Below are positions 47,029 through 56,040 of a DNA stretch of 64,000 nucleotides, in pieces. A model generated the notes under the pieces. It saw only the letters and a list, made by a program, of their open reading frames with translations, did no database searches and was not told where the DNA came from. The translations under genes and the position numbers were made by a program. Source of the DNA: an uncultured Candidatus Rokubacteria bacterium. Its GTDB lineage: Bacteria; Methylomirabilota; Methylomirabilia; Rokubacteriales; CSP1-6. Each line of letters begins with the position of its first letter. Position 1 is the stretch's first letter. The DNA lies in contig CAVYTA010000005.1 in the NCBI GenBank assembly GCA_963771355.1, forward strand, positions 352,001-416,000, in the 5' to 3' direction.

Positions 47029-47376
47029 ATGCCCTCACTTCTTCGGCCCCGCCCGAGCGCCCGTGTCGCCGCGCCCCTCCTGGGCGAGGTTTTCAAGGGT
47101 CTGCGGCACCCCCTCGCCTTCCGGTTGTGGGACGGCACCGAGGTCCGGCTCGGTCAGGGCGAGCCGGCCTGTAGCGTCGTCATCCACGCGCCGGAGACCT
47201 TCATCGCCCTCATCCGCGATCCCAGCCCGGGCCACTTCGCCGAGGCGTATGCCTCCAACGCCATCGACATTCAGGGCAATCTCTTCGACGCCATGCGCGT
47301 GGCCAACGAGGTCGAGGAGATCAAGGTGACCCCCGGCCAGCGGCTGCGCATCTTGCTTTCCCTCTGGAAGTCCTGA
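47029..47376 (+). CDS. Stand-alone N-terminal (lipid-binding-like) domain of Cfa-type methyltransferases
   Basis: FRLWDG and FAEAYASNAIDIQGNL resemble the LWDG and GEAY..G..D..GD motifs of Cfa N-termini; GAGG RBS. Confidence 0.72.
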   Translation: MPSLLRPRPSARVAAPLLGEVFKGLRHPLAFRLWDGTEVRLGQGEPACSVVIHAPETFIALIRDPSPGHFAEAYASNAIDIQGNLFDAMRVANEVEEIKVTPGQRLRILLSLWKS

Positions 47377-47379
47377 GTC

Positions 47380-48507
47380 GTGGCCGTCCACGACGTCCTC
47401 GTGGTGGGAGGCGGCCCCGGCGGGAGCACCGCGGCCTGGCAACTGGCCCGCGCCGGCCTGCGCCCGCTGGTGCTGGACGCCGCCGTCTTCCCCCGTCAGA
47501 AGATCTGTGCGGGCTGGGTGACGCCCACCGCGCTCGCCGACCTCGAGATCGAGCCCGACAAGTACCCGCTCACCATCCAGGGCTTCGCCGCCTGCGCGCT
47601 GGCATTCGAGGGTGCGCGCCATGACACGCACTGGCGGCGGCCCGCCTCCTACGGCATCATCCGCCGCGAGTTCGATCACTTCCTCCTCGAGCGCGCGGCG
47701 ACCGCGGGAGCGGAGGTGCGCGAGGGCGTCCGCGTCAAGGCGGTCACCTCCGGCCCCTCGGGTGCGCGCGTCGAGACCGAGCAGGGCGACTTCGAGGCGC
47801 CCCTGGTGATCGGGGCCGGCGGCCACCGCTGTCCCGTGGCCCGCGATCTCGGCGCGGTGTCCGCGCGCGAGGAGGTCGTGGCGGCGCAGGAGACCGAGAC
47901 GCGGTTACTCCCTCAGTGGCGGGCGCGGATCGAGCGCTTCATGGACGCGCCCGAGATCTACGTGGAGCCCGACCTGCGGGGCTACGGCTGGTTCTTCCCC
48001 AAGGGCGACTTCATCAACGTGGGCATCGGCATCACGGGGGGCAACGACGGGAGCCTGCCGAAACGGCGTGACGCGCTGCTCGCCATGCTGCGCGCCACCG
48101 GCCGAGTGCCCGAGGGGATGCCGCTCGACCCCTTCAAGGGGCACGCGTATGTCGTGCGCCGCCAGGCGCCGCGGCGCCTCGCCGGCCCCGGCTTCTGCCT
48201 CGTGGGTGACGCGGCGGGGCTGGCCCGCGATCTCTCCGGCGAAGGCATCGGGCCCGCGATTCGCAGCGGCATCCTCGCCGCCGCGGCGGCCCACCGGCTC
48301 CTCCGCGCCGGTGGCTCCCTCGATGGCTATGCGCGCGAGGTGGTGGCGCTCTACGGGCCCGGTGAGCCCTCCTGGATCGGGCGGCAGATCGGCCGGCTCC
48401 CGGACGTGCTGGCACGGCTGGCGGTGCGCGTGGTGCTCGGCTCGGAGCGCGCGCGGCGCCGCGTGGTCTTCGACTCGATCTTCGGCATGAAGGAGGCCAC
48501 TTCATGA
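47380..48507 (+). CDS. Geranylgeranyl reductase-family FAD-dependent oxidoreductase
   Basis: VVGGGPGG, FPRQKICAG, RREFD, GYGWFFPKG, VGDAAG, SGEGI. Confidence 0.88.
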   Translation: MAVHDVLVVGGGPGGSTAAWQLARAGLRPLVLDAAVFPRQKICAGWVTPTALADLEIEPDKYPLTIQGFAACALAFEGARHDTHWRRPASYGIIRREFDHFLLERAATAGAEVREGVRVKAVTSGPSGARVETEQGDFEAPLVIGAGGHRCPVARDLGAVSAREEVVAAQETETRLLPQWRARIERFMDAPEIYVEPDLRGYGWFFPKGDFINVGIGITGGNDGSLPKRRDALLAMLRATGRVPEGMPLDPFKGHAYVVRRQAPRRLAGPGFCLVGDAAGLARDLSGEGIGPAIRSGILAAAAAHRLLRAGGSLDGYAREVVALYGPGEPSWIGRQIGRLPDVLARLAVRVVLGSERARRRVVFDSIFGMKEATS

Positions 48508-49403
48508 GGCGGAGCAAGAAGCGGGACGCCGAGGCCATCTCGTACCACTACGACCAGTCCAACGAGTTCTACGCCCTGTTCCTCGACCCGCTCATGGTCT
48601 ACACGTGCGCCTACTACCGGGACCCCGACGGCAAGCTGGAGCAGGCCCAGGCGGACAAGCTGGACCTGGTGTGCCGCAAGCTGCGGCTCAAGCCCGGCGA
48701 GACCCTGCTCGACATCGGCTGCGGGTGGGGGAGTCTCGCCATCTGGGCCGCCCAGCACTATGGCGTCCGGTCTCACGGCGTGACGCTGTCCCGCGCCCAG
48801 GCGGAGTTCGCCGCCGCGCGCATCGAGCGGGAGGGGCTCACCGGGCGCTGCCTGGTGGAGTACCGCGACTTCCGTGACCTGCCCGCCGATGCGCGCTACG
48901 ACAAGATCGCCGCCATCGGCATCATCGAGCACGTGGGCCTCGCCAACTATCCGGCGTTCTTCGGCCGCGTGCGAACGATGCTCAACGACGGCGGCTACTA
49001 CCTCAATCACGGCATTACCCACGAGTTTCACTGGAAGCCCACCACCCAGACGGACTTCCTCTACAAGTACGTCTTTCCCAATGGGGAGCTGGCGGGGCTC
49101 ACCGAGACCATGACCGAGCAGGAGCGGGCGGGCTGGGAGATCGTGGACGTCGAGGGGCTGCGGCTCCACTACGCGCGGACCTGCCGCGAGTGGGTGGAGC
49201 GGCTCGAAGCGCGGGCCGACGAGGCGCGCGCCCTCGTGGGAGAGCGGATCTACCGCATCTGGCGCCTCTACCTCACCTGCTCGTCGGTGGCGTTCCAGGA
49301 AGGGCATATCGGGCTCTACCAGGTCCTCATGCGCAAGCAGTGGGATGGCACGTTCGACGTGCCCACCACACGCGAGGACCTCTATGGTAAAGATTACCGA
49401 TAG
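48504..49403 (+). CDS. cfa: Cyclopropane-fatty-acyl-phospholipid synthase family methyltransferase (catalytic domain only)
   Basis: HYDQSNEFY, MVYTCAY, LLDIGCGWG, EHVG, YVFPNGEL, HYART. Confidence 0.9.
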   Translation: MRRSKKRDAEAISYHYDQSNEFYALFLDPLMVYTCAYYRDPDGKLEQAQADKLDLVCRKLRLKPGETLLDIGCGWGSLAIWAAQHYGVRSHGVTLSRAQAEFAAARIEREGLTGRCLVEYRDFRDLPADARYDKIAAIGIIEHVGLANYPAFFGRVRTMLNDGGYYLNHGITHEFHWKPTTQTDFLYKYVFPNGELAGLTETMTEQERAGWEIVDVEGLRLHYARTCREWVERLEARADEARALVGERIYRIWRLYLTCSSVAFQEGHIGLYQVLMRKQWDGTFDVPTTREDLYGKDYR

Positions 49404-49483
49404 ATGTCGGAAAAACTTACGGTTCCCGTAACAGGCTTGCGACCCTCGGCTTGATCCTGGCGGAATTGTTTGGGTTCCGGTAG

Positions 49484-49499
49484 AGGCAGGGAACTTGCT
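49484..49499 (+). promoter_or_regulatory. Putative sigma54 promoter
   Basis: AGGCAGGGAACTTGCT, GG-N10-GC, 20 bp before ATG 49519. Confidence 0.5.
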
Positions 49500-49518
49500 A
49501 CCTGCGTCGGGGGTGGAC

Positions 49519-49770
49519 ATGGTGCGCTATCTGTTCGTCGTTTCGAAGTCCAGACCCGATCTCGCTGACTACCTCGTGCGGCATTTTTCCGATGAAGAGG
49601 ACGTGCTGGTGACCATCGATCGGCGGCGCGGCGAGCGGCGGCGGCGTCTGACCGATACGGATTCAGAGCGGCGGCACGGACATCGCCGCTGGCGGCCTGA
49701 AAATGACGAGTCGCTGGCGTCCGTGGGGGCCTTCATGGTCCCTCTGGACGCGCCCGAACCCGTCGCCTGA
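49519..49770 (+). CDS. Small hypothetical protein with DRRxxERR motifs
   Basis: MVRYLFVVS...IDRRRGERRRR...ERRHGHRR. Confidence 0.72.
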   Translation: MVRYLFVVSKSRPDLADYLVRHFSDEEDVLVTIDRRRGERRRRLTDTDSERRHGHRRWRPENDESLASVGAFMVPLDAPEPVA

Positions 49771-49820
49771 CCCTCGCTTTCCCTCCCGGCGCGCCCCAAC
49801 CCGTCGGCTGACCTTTCGCT
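49739..49820. repeat. Imperfect tandem duplication of about 41 bp
   Basis: 49739-49778 vs 49780-49820, 34/41 identical by hand alignment. Confidence 0.7.
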
Positions 49821-49916
49821 ACGCCCAGGCAAAGTCTTCCTGCCCTTCGGGTACTTCCCTTCTTCACTTCGACCCTCTGCTGCGGGTAACTGAGCGAATC
49901 TGTTATCCGCGATCGG

Positions 49917-49932
49917 TGGCACTTCGATTGCT
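49917..49932 (+). promoter_or_regulatory. Putative sigma54 promoter
   Basis: TGGCACTTCGATTGCT matches TGGCAC-N5-TTGCW. Confidence 0.72.
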
Positions 49933-49960
49933 AGATCCCCTCGGTAAGGGGGGCTTGGCC

Positions 49961-50101
49961 ATGAAGACCTTGATCGGGATGGCAGCGGTGGCAATGCCGA
50001 TGACCATGGCGGTCTCGGGCGACTTCTCGGCCGGGCTCCTTGCGGTGTCGGGCGCGGTGGCCGGTGGCTGCTGGATGATCAGCGGCTGGCTCTCGCACTA
50101 G
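49961..50101 (+). CDS. 46-aa hydrophobic small protein
   Basis: MKTLIGMAAVAMPMTMAVSGDFSAGLLAVSGAVAGGCWMISGWLSH; AAGGGGGG RBS; promoter upstream. Confidence 0.62.
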   Translation: MKTLIGMAAVAMPMTMAVSGDFSAGLLAVSGAVAGGCWMISGWLSH

Positions 50102-50199
50102 GCTCGCGAAGGGGGCAGGGGGCTTGCGCCGGCCGACGTGCCCGGCGATCATCGCGGCACTCGACAGCGCATCGACCCCTGCCGCCCGGAGGAGCCCCG

Positions 50200-50994
50200 A
50201 TGACCCAGGATCTGCTCGAAGTCCTCAAGGACCGCGTTGCCGTCCTCACTCTCAATCGCCCCGACCGGCTCAATGCCATGTCGCGGGACATGCTGGATGC
50301 CCTCCTCGAGACCCTTCCCCGCCTGGCCAATGACCCCGACGTCGGCGTGGTCGTCATCACCGGCGCGGGCCGCGGTTTCTGCGCCGGTGGCGACGTGAAG
50401 GCCATGGCGGAAGGGCGCGAGGGCGATGGCGCCAGCCTGGAGGACAAAGCCCAGGCGCTCCGGTCCCGCATGGAGGTCTCGCGCTTCCTCCACGAGATGC
50501 CCAAGCCCACCATCGCCATGGTGCGGGGACCGGCGGCGGGGGCGGGGCTTTCCCTGGCCCTGGCCTGCGACATGCGGATCGCCTCGGACAATTCGAAGTA
50601 CGGCACCGCCTTCGCGCGCGTGGGCTACTCCGGGGATTTCGGCGGCAGCTACTTCCTCACCCAGCTCGTGGGCACCGCGAAGGCCCGCGAGCTCTACCTC
50701 ACCGCGGATCTCGTGGACGCCGCGCAGGCGCTCGCCCTGGGAATGGTCAACCGGATCGTGCCGGACGCCCTGCTGGAGACGGAGACCATGGCCCTGGCCC
50801 AGCGGCTGGCCAAGGGCCCGGCGGTGGCCTATCGCTACATGAAGCGCAATCTCAACGCGGCGGAGTCCGGATCCCTCGCCGACGTGTTCGACCTCGAGGC
50901 CTGGGGCCATACCCGGAGCGGCATGACGGAGGACTGGCGCGAGGCCACCCGCGCCTTCGTGGAGAAGCGCGAGCCCGTCTTCAAGGGCCGCTGA
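50200..50994 (+). CDS. Enoyl-CoA hydratase/isomerase (PaaG-like)
   Basis: LNRPDRLNA, FCAGGDV, GPAAGAGLSLALACD, FVEKREP. Confidence 0.92.
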   Translation: MTQDLLEVLKDRVAVLTLNRPDRLNAMSRDMLDALLETLPRLANDPDVGVVVITGAGRGFCAGGDVKAMAEGREGDGASLEDKAQALRSRMEVSRFLHEMPKPTIAMVRGPAAGAGLSLALACDMRIASDNSKYGTAFARVGYSGDFGGSYFLTQLVGTAKARELYLTADLVDAAQALALGMVNRIVPDALLETETMALAQRLAKGPAVAYRYMKRNLNAAESGSLADVFDLEAWGHTRSGMTEDWREATRAFVEKREPVFKGR

Positions 50995-51018
50995 CCCCGC
51001 GCGGCGCCGGGCGCCCGC

Positions 51019-53313
51019 CTAGCTCGCCAGCGCCCGGCGCAGCGCCTCCCCCGTGATGGGCAGCTCGGTGAGCCGCGCTCCGATCGCGTCGCGGATGGCA
51101 TTGGCGATGGCGGCGGGGGCGGCGATCACGGGGGGCTCACCGACGCCCTTGGCGCCATAGGGCCCCAGCTCCGACGGCACCTCGACCAGGATGGTGTCCA
51201 CCGGCGGCACCTGGTCGCTCTGGGGCAGGGCATAGTCCATGAAGGTCGCCGACAGGAGCTGCCCCGCCTCGTCGTAGGCCATTTTCTCGAAGAGCGCCCA
51301 GCCGACGCCCTGCGCCACCGCGCCCTGGATTTGCCCTTCGATCGCGGCCGGATTGATGGCCCGCCCCACGTCCTGGACGACCAAGTGGCTGATCACTCGT
51401 GTGCGTCCGGTGTCGGTATCCACCTCCACCTCGGCGAGATGAGCGGCGAATGCCGGCGCCCGTTGCACGGTGGCACTGGCGCCGCGGCCCAGCACCGGCT
51501 CGTACTTGGCCCCGAACTGCATGGAGAGCTTGGCGAGCGCGGCGACCTCCACGCCCCCGTCGGGCACGCCGCGCACGCGGATCTTCTTGTCCACGAGCTC
51601 GAGGTCGGCGACCGAGGCTTCGAGGTGGTCGGCGGCGATGCGGAAGAGCTGCTCGCGCGCGTCGCGCGCCGCCTTCTCCACCGCGGCGCCCACGGTGTAG
51701 GTGATCTTGCTACCGCCGCTCGAGCCCGCGTAGGGCGCGGACTCCGAGTCGGGGTTGACCACGCGGATCGAGTCCACCGGCAGTCCGAAGGCCTCCGCGG
51801 CGATCTGGCCGAACGCGGTGTTGGTGCCGCTGATGTCCACCGTGCCCAGCACGATGGTGAGCGTCCCGTCGCGATCGAGCCGGCAGACCGCATTGGCGGG
51901 CTCGATGCCGCCCATCCAGCCTCCCACCGCCAGCCCGACCCCACGGCGCAGCTTGCCGCCGGACGACGGCGTCCCCGGCGCGGGGCGGCGGGTGTCGCGC
52001 GCCTCGCGCAGGCGCTCCAGCACCTGCCGGAGACCGATGCGCGGCCAGGTGCGGCCGTTGTTCATGGGGTCACCCTCGACCACGCAGTTGCGGATGCGGA
52101 AGTCGAGGGCGTCGATCCCCAGCGCGCGGGCCATCTCGTCCATCTGCGACTCGATGGCGAAGGACGCCTGCACGGCGCCGGGCGCGCGGTACGCGCCCTG
52201 GCCCACCTTGTGGGTGAGCACCTCGTAGCCCTTGATGTCCATGTGCTCGAAGCGGTAGTACCCGCCCAGCATCAGCGCGGCGATCATCACCGGCGCGCCC
52301 GGGAAGGCACCCGCGTCGAAGACGATGCGGCCTTCCACCGCGGCCAGGGTGCCATCCTGGCGGGCGCCCGTCTTCACCTCGATGCGGCACTGCGGGGCGG
52401 GCGTGGCGGCGAGGAACTCCTCCGTGCGCGTCATCACCGCGCCCACCGGCCGGCGCAGCTTGAGCGCCAGCGCGGCCACCAGGGGCTCCAGCAGGATGAA
52501 CTTGCCGCCGAATCCGCCCCCCAGCGGCGTGGCGATCACGCGCACCTGATGCTCGGGCAGTCCCAGCGCCTCCGCCACCTCGGAGCGCGTGTAGAAGAGC
52601 GCCTGGGTCGTCGTCCATACCGTGAGCTGGCCGGTGGGCTCGACATTCGCGACCGCGGCGCGCGGCTCGAGATAGCCCTGATGCACCACCGGCGTCGTGT
52701 AGGTGCGCTCCACGATCACCGCGGACTCGGCGAACCCCTTGGCCACGTCCCCGCGGGTGAAGTGCGTCGTGCTGAACACGTTCGGGCCGGTCTTCTCCTT
52801 CACCGCCTGCGCGGCGCCGCCCGCCCCGTGCATGGCCAGCGCTTCCTCGCCGCTGCCGCCCTCCGCCACGCGGACGCGCGGGGCGTCCATGGCCATCGCC
52901 CCCAGCGGCTCCACCGCCGCCGGCATCTCCTCGTAGTCCACCTCCACCAGCGCCGCGCCGTCCTCGGCGGCGGCTTCCGTCTCCGCCACCACCGCCGCCA
53001 CCGGATGGCCCACGAACTGCACGCGGTCGAGCGCGAGCGGGCAGCGGTTGCGGTCGGCCGGATCCGTATTCGCGAGCGGGAGATCGCGCGCGGTGTAGAC
53101 GCCGATGACGGCGGGCAGCGCGGCGGCGGCCTTCCCGTCCACCCGGCGAATGCGGGCATGGGCGTACGGGCTGAGCACGAGCCGGCAGTGCAGCATGCCG
53201 GGCAGACGGATGTCGGCGGCAAAGCGAGTCGCGCCGGCCACCTTCTCCCCGCCGTCGGGGCGGGGCAGCGAGCGGCCGACGGCGCTGAAGACTTGGGCAG
53301 GGGCTTCGGGCAT
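51019..53313 (-). CDS. Xanthine dehydrogenase-family molybdopterin-binding (large) subunit
   Basis: GGGFGGK, GAYRAPG, EGQIQG, GAKGVGE. Confidence 0.92.
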   Translation of the reverse strand: MPEAPAQVFSAVGRSLPRPDGGEKVAGATRFAADIRLPGMLHCRLVLSPYAHARIRRVDGKAAAALPAVIGVYTARDLPLANTDPADRNRCPLALDRVQFVGHPVAAVVAETEAAAEDGAALVEVDYEEMPAAVEPLGAMAMDAPRVRVAEGGSGEEALAMHGAGGAAQAVKEKTGPNVFSTTHFTRGDVAKGFAESAVIVERTYTTPVVHQGYLEPRAAVANVEPTGQLTVWTTTQALFYTRSEVAEALGLPEHQVRVIATPLGGGFGGKFILLEPLVAALALKLRRPVGAVMTRTEEFLAATPAPQCRIEVKTGARQDGTLAAVEGRIVFDAGAFPGAPVMIAALMLGGYYRFEHMDIKGYEVLTHKVGQGAYRAPGAVQASFAIESQMDEMARALGIDALDFRIRNCVVEGDPMNNGRTWPRIGLRQVLERLREARDTRRPAPGTPSSGGKLRRGVGLAVGGWMGGIEPANAVCRLDRDGTLTIVLGTVDISGTNTAFGQIAAEAFGLPVDSIRVVNPDSESAPYAGSSGGSKITYTVGAAVEKAARDAREQLFRIAADHLEASVADLELVDKKIRVRGVPDGGVEVAALAKLSMQFGAKYEPVLGRGASATVQRAPAFAAHLAEVEVDTDTGRTRVISHLVVQDVGRAINPAAIEGQIQGAVAQGVGWALFEKMAYDEAGQLLSATFMDYALPQSDQVPPVDTILVEVPSELGPYGAKGVGEPPVIAAPAAIANAIRDAIGARLTELPITGEALRRALAS

Positions 53314-53414
53314 GGTGACCTCCGGTCTGGATGGTGGAGCGCAGGTATTGTACTCTCAAGCCCTCGGCCTTCACCTTCCGGCACCCGTGCCTGATGTCTC
53401 GAGGAGGAGCCTTC

Positions 53415-53729
53415 ATGATCACCGCGCTGGTCCAGTTCCCCCTGCCCGCCTCGGTGTCCCGCGACAAGGCCGCCGAGCTCTTCAAAGGGTCGGCCCCGAA
53501 GTACCGGGACCTGCCCGGACTCGTCCGGAAGTACTATCTCTACAGCGCGGAGACCAAGACCGGCGGCGGTATCTACCTCTGGAAGTCGCGCGAGGACGCC
53601 GAGCGCACCTATACCGCCGAGTGGAAGCGGATGATCCGCGAGCGGTACGGCGCCGACCCCCTCATCACGTATTTCGACACGCCGGTCGTGGTGGACAACG
53701 CGACGGGTGAGATCAGCAGCGACGCGTAG
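53415..53729 (+). CDS. YdhR-like monooxygenase family protein
   Basis: PGLVRKYY, GGGIYLW; GAGGAGG RBS. Confidence 0.8.
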   Translation: MITALVQFPLPASVSRDKAAELFKGSAPKYRDLPGLVRKYYLYSAETKTGGGIYLWKSREDAERTYTAEWKRMIRERYGADPLITYFDTPVVVDNATGEISSDA

Positions 53730-53771
53730 TCACCGAACCGCAACCGCAAACCCACGGCGACGGGAGGGATC

Positions 53772-54548
53772 ATGGCGCTCGATCTGGGGCTCACGGGCAA
53801 GGTGGCGATCATCAGCGGGGGGAGCGAGGGGCTGGGCCGCGCGGCGGCGGAGCGGCTGGCGCGCGAGGGCGCGAAAGTGACCATCTGCGCGCGGCGCAAG
53901 GACGTGCTCGAGGCCGCGGCCAAGGGCATCAAGGAGGCCACCGGCAACGAGGTGCTGGCGCTGCCGGCGGACGCCACCAAGGCGGCGGACATCGAGAACG
54001 TGGTGCGCGCCACCGTGGAGCGCTGGGGCGGGGTGGATATCCTCCTCAACAACGCGGGCACCTCGGCGGCGGCCGCCTTCGAGAAGGTGGACGACGACAC
54101 CTGGCACGAGGACTTCGAGCTGAAGGTGATGGGGGCCATCCGCTTCTGCCGGCTCGTCATCCCGCAGATGAAGAAGCGCGGCGGCGGCCGCATCGTCAAC
54201 GTGACCACGGTGGGCGGCAAGGCGCCGGCGCCGCGCTCGCTTCCGACCAGCGTCTCGCGCGCGGCGGGCATCAACCTCACCAAGTCCCTCGCCCACGAGT
54301 ACGCCGCGGACAAGATCCTCGTGAACACCATCTGTATCGGTCTCGTCCGCAGCGCGCAGATCGACCGACGCGCCAAGGACGGCGACCTCGAGGGCCACTA
54401 TCGCGAGCTGGCCAAGCGCATCCCGCTTGGCCGCGTGGCGCATGCCTCCGAGTTCGGCGATCTCGTCGCCTTCCTCGTTTCCGATCGCGCCGCCTACATC
54501 ACCGGCACCGCCATCAACTTCGACGGCGGCATGGCCGCGACCGTCTAG
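53772..54548 (+). CDS. SDR family oxidoreductase
   Basis: SGGSEGLG, LNNAG, YITGTAINFDGG; atypical catalytic site (TSVSR). Confidence 0.9.
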   Translation: MALDLGLTGKVAIISGGSEGLGRAAAERLAREGAKVTICARRKDVLEAAAKGIKEATGNEVLALPADATKAADIENVVRATVERWGGVDILLNNAGTSAAAAFEKVDDDTWHEDFELKVMGAIRFCRLVIPQMKKRGGGRIVNVTTVGGKAPAPRSLPTSVSRAAGINLTKSLAHEYAADKILVNTICIGLVRSAQIDRRAKDGDLEGHYRELAKRIPLGRVAHASEFGDLVAFLVSDRAAYITGTAINFDGGMAATV

Positions 54549-54560
54549 CGGGGAGGCTCC

Positions 54561-55580
54561 ATGCCCAGCACCGTCAATCGCCAGGTCCTGCTCGCCGCCC
54601 GTCCGGCGGGCGCGCCCAAGTCGAGCGACTTCACGCTCGTCGAGACCACGATCCCCGAGCCCGGGCCGGGCGAGGTGCTCGTCCGCAACATCTACATGTC
54701 GGTGGATCCCTACATGCGCGGCCGCATGAACGACCGCCGCTCGTACGCCAAGCCCTGGGAAGTCGGGCAGCCCGCGGATGGCCGCGCGGTCGGCGAGGTG
54801 GTGAAGTCCAACGATCCCCGATTCAAGCCGGGCACTCTCGTCTCGAGCATGCTGGGCTGGCGCGAGTATTTCGTCTCCCCCGGCGAGGGCCTCACGCCGC
54901 TGGACCGCTCGCTGCCGCTGGCGAGCTATCTGGGGGTCCTCGGCGTGCCCGGCTTCACCGGATGGTACGGTCTCACGGAGATCGGGCAGCCCAAGCCGGG
55001 CGAGACGCTCGTGGTCTCGGGTGCCGCGGGCGCGACCGGCTCGCTCGTCGTCCAGCTCGGCAAGCTCCTCGGCTGCCGCGTGGTGGGCACCGCGGGCACG
55101 GACGACAAGTGCAAATGGCTCACCGGCGAGCTGGGCGCGGACGCCGCCATCAACTATCGCCGGGCGCCGGATCTGTTCGAGGCGCTGCGCGACGCCTGCC
55201 CGAAGGGGGTGGACATCTACTTCGAGAACGTGGGCGGTCCCATGCTGGACGCCGTCCTCCGCCTCGTGAACCCGTTCGCCCGCATTCCGCTCTGCGGGAT
55301 GATCTCCCAGTACAACCTGGAGACCCCCGAGCCCGGCCCGCGCTACATGATGAACATGGTGGGCAACCGCGTCCGCATGCAGGGCTTCATCATCTCCGAC
55401 CACTTCGACCGCTATCCGGCGTTCCTCGCGGAGGTCGGGAGCGCGGTCAAGGCGGGCCGCATCAAGCACGAGGTGACGGTGGTGGAGGGGATCGAGAACG
55501 CGGTGAAGGCCTTCCTCGGGCTCTTCTCAGGCGACAACCTCGGCAAGATGGTGGTGAAGCTCGGTCCCGAGCCCCGCTGA
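54561..55580 (+). CDS. NADP-dependent alkenal/prostaglandin reductase-like oxidoreductase (CurA family)
   Basis: SVDPYMRGRM, SGAAGATG, YFENVGG, CGMISQYN. Confidence 0.92.
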   Translation: MPSTVNRQVLLAARPAGAPKSSDFTLVETTIPEPGPGEVLVRNIYMSVDPYMRGRMNDRRSYAKPWEVGQPADGRAVGEVVKSNDPRFKPGTLVSSMLGWREYFVSPGEGLTPLDRSLPLASYLGVLGVPGFTGWYGLTEIGQPKPGETLVVSGAAGATGSLVVQLGKLLGCRVVGTAGTDDKCKWLTGELGADAAINYRRAPDLFEALRDACPKGVDIYFENVGGPMLDAVLRLVNPFARIPLCGMISQYNLETPEPGPRYMMNMVGNRVRMQGFIISDHFDRYPAFLAEVGSAVKAGRIKHEVTVVEGIENAVKAFLGLFSGDNLGKMVVKLGPEPR

Positions 55581-55597
55581 AGCTCCTCGCACGGACC

Positions 55598-55993
55598 TCA
55601 GGGCTTGCGGTCGAGGAGATCGGTCGCGAGCTTGGTGAGCTGCTCCATGTGGAAGGGCTTGTAGAGGATGGGAACGCCCGTCGCCTCGAGGAACTCCTCC
55701 ATGTTGCCGGTCTGGGCGCTGCCGGTCACGAAGGCAATCCGGGTGAGGAGGTCGGGGCGCCGGCGCTGGAGCTCGCGGTAAAGGCCGGGGCCGTCCAGCT
55801 CCGGCATGCGGAGATCGCTGAGGATGAGGTCGTACTCGTTGCGCTCCACCCGCGCCAGCGCGGCCAGGCCATTGGGGGCCGTGTCCACGCGATGCCCATC
55901 GGCGGAGAGAATCTCGGCGATGAGGATGGCCAGGGGGGCCTCGTCGTCTACCACCAAAATCCGTTTGCCACTCAGCGTCTCGGTGCCGGACAT
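55598..55993 (-). CDS. Stand-alone response regulator receiver
   Basis: RILVVDDE, SDLRMPELDG, FVTG, KPF. Confidence 0.9.
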   Translation of the reverse strand: MSGTETLSGKRILVVDDEAPLAILIAEILSADGHRVDTAPNGLAALARVERNEYDLILSDLRMPELDGPGLYRELQRRRPDLLTRIAFVTGSAQTGNMEEFLEATGVPILYKPFHMEQLTKLATDLLDRKP

Positions 55994-56024
55994 GATCGTC
56001 GATGACCTCCTGACCCTGGTGGAT

Positions 56025-56040
56025 TGCAAGGCCGGGGCCA
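56025..56040 (-). promoter_or_regulatory. Putative sigma54 promoter
   Basis: Minus strand TGGCCCCGGCCTTGCA, GG-N10-GC; 17-bp A/T tract upstream at 56065-56081. Confidence 0.55.

Noticed and set aside
49800..49865. c-di-GMP-II-like riboswitch on the minus strand (GGAAG...GAAG, hairpin, UGGGC)
   Set aside because: The 3' core and pseudoknot are missing, and no downstream minus-strand gene exists.
51019..53313. Aerobic CO dehydrogenase CoxL
   Set aside because: Loop is AYRAPG, not AYxCSFR or AYRGAGR; no coxM or coxS.
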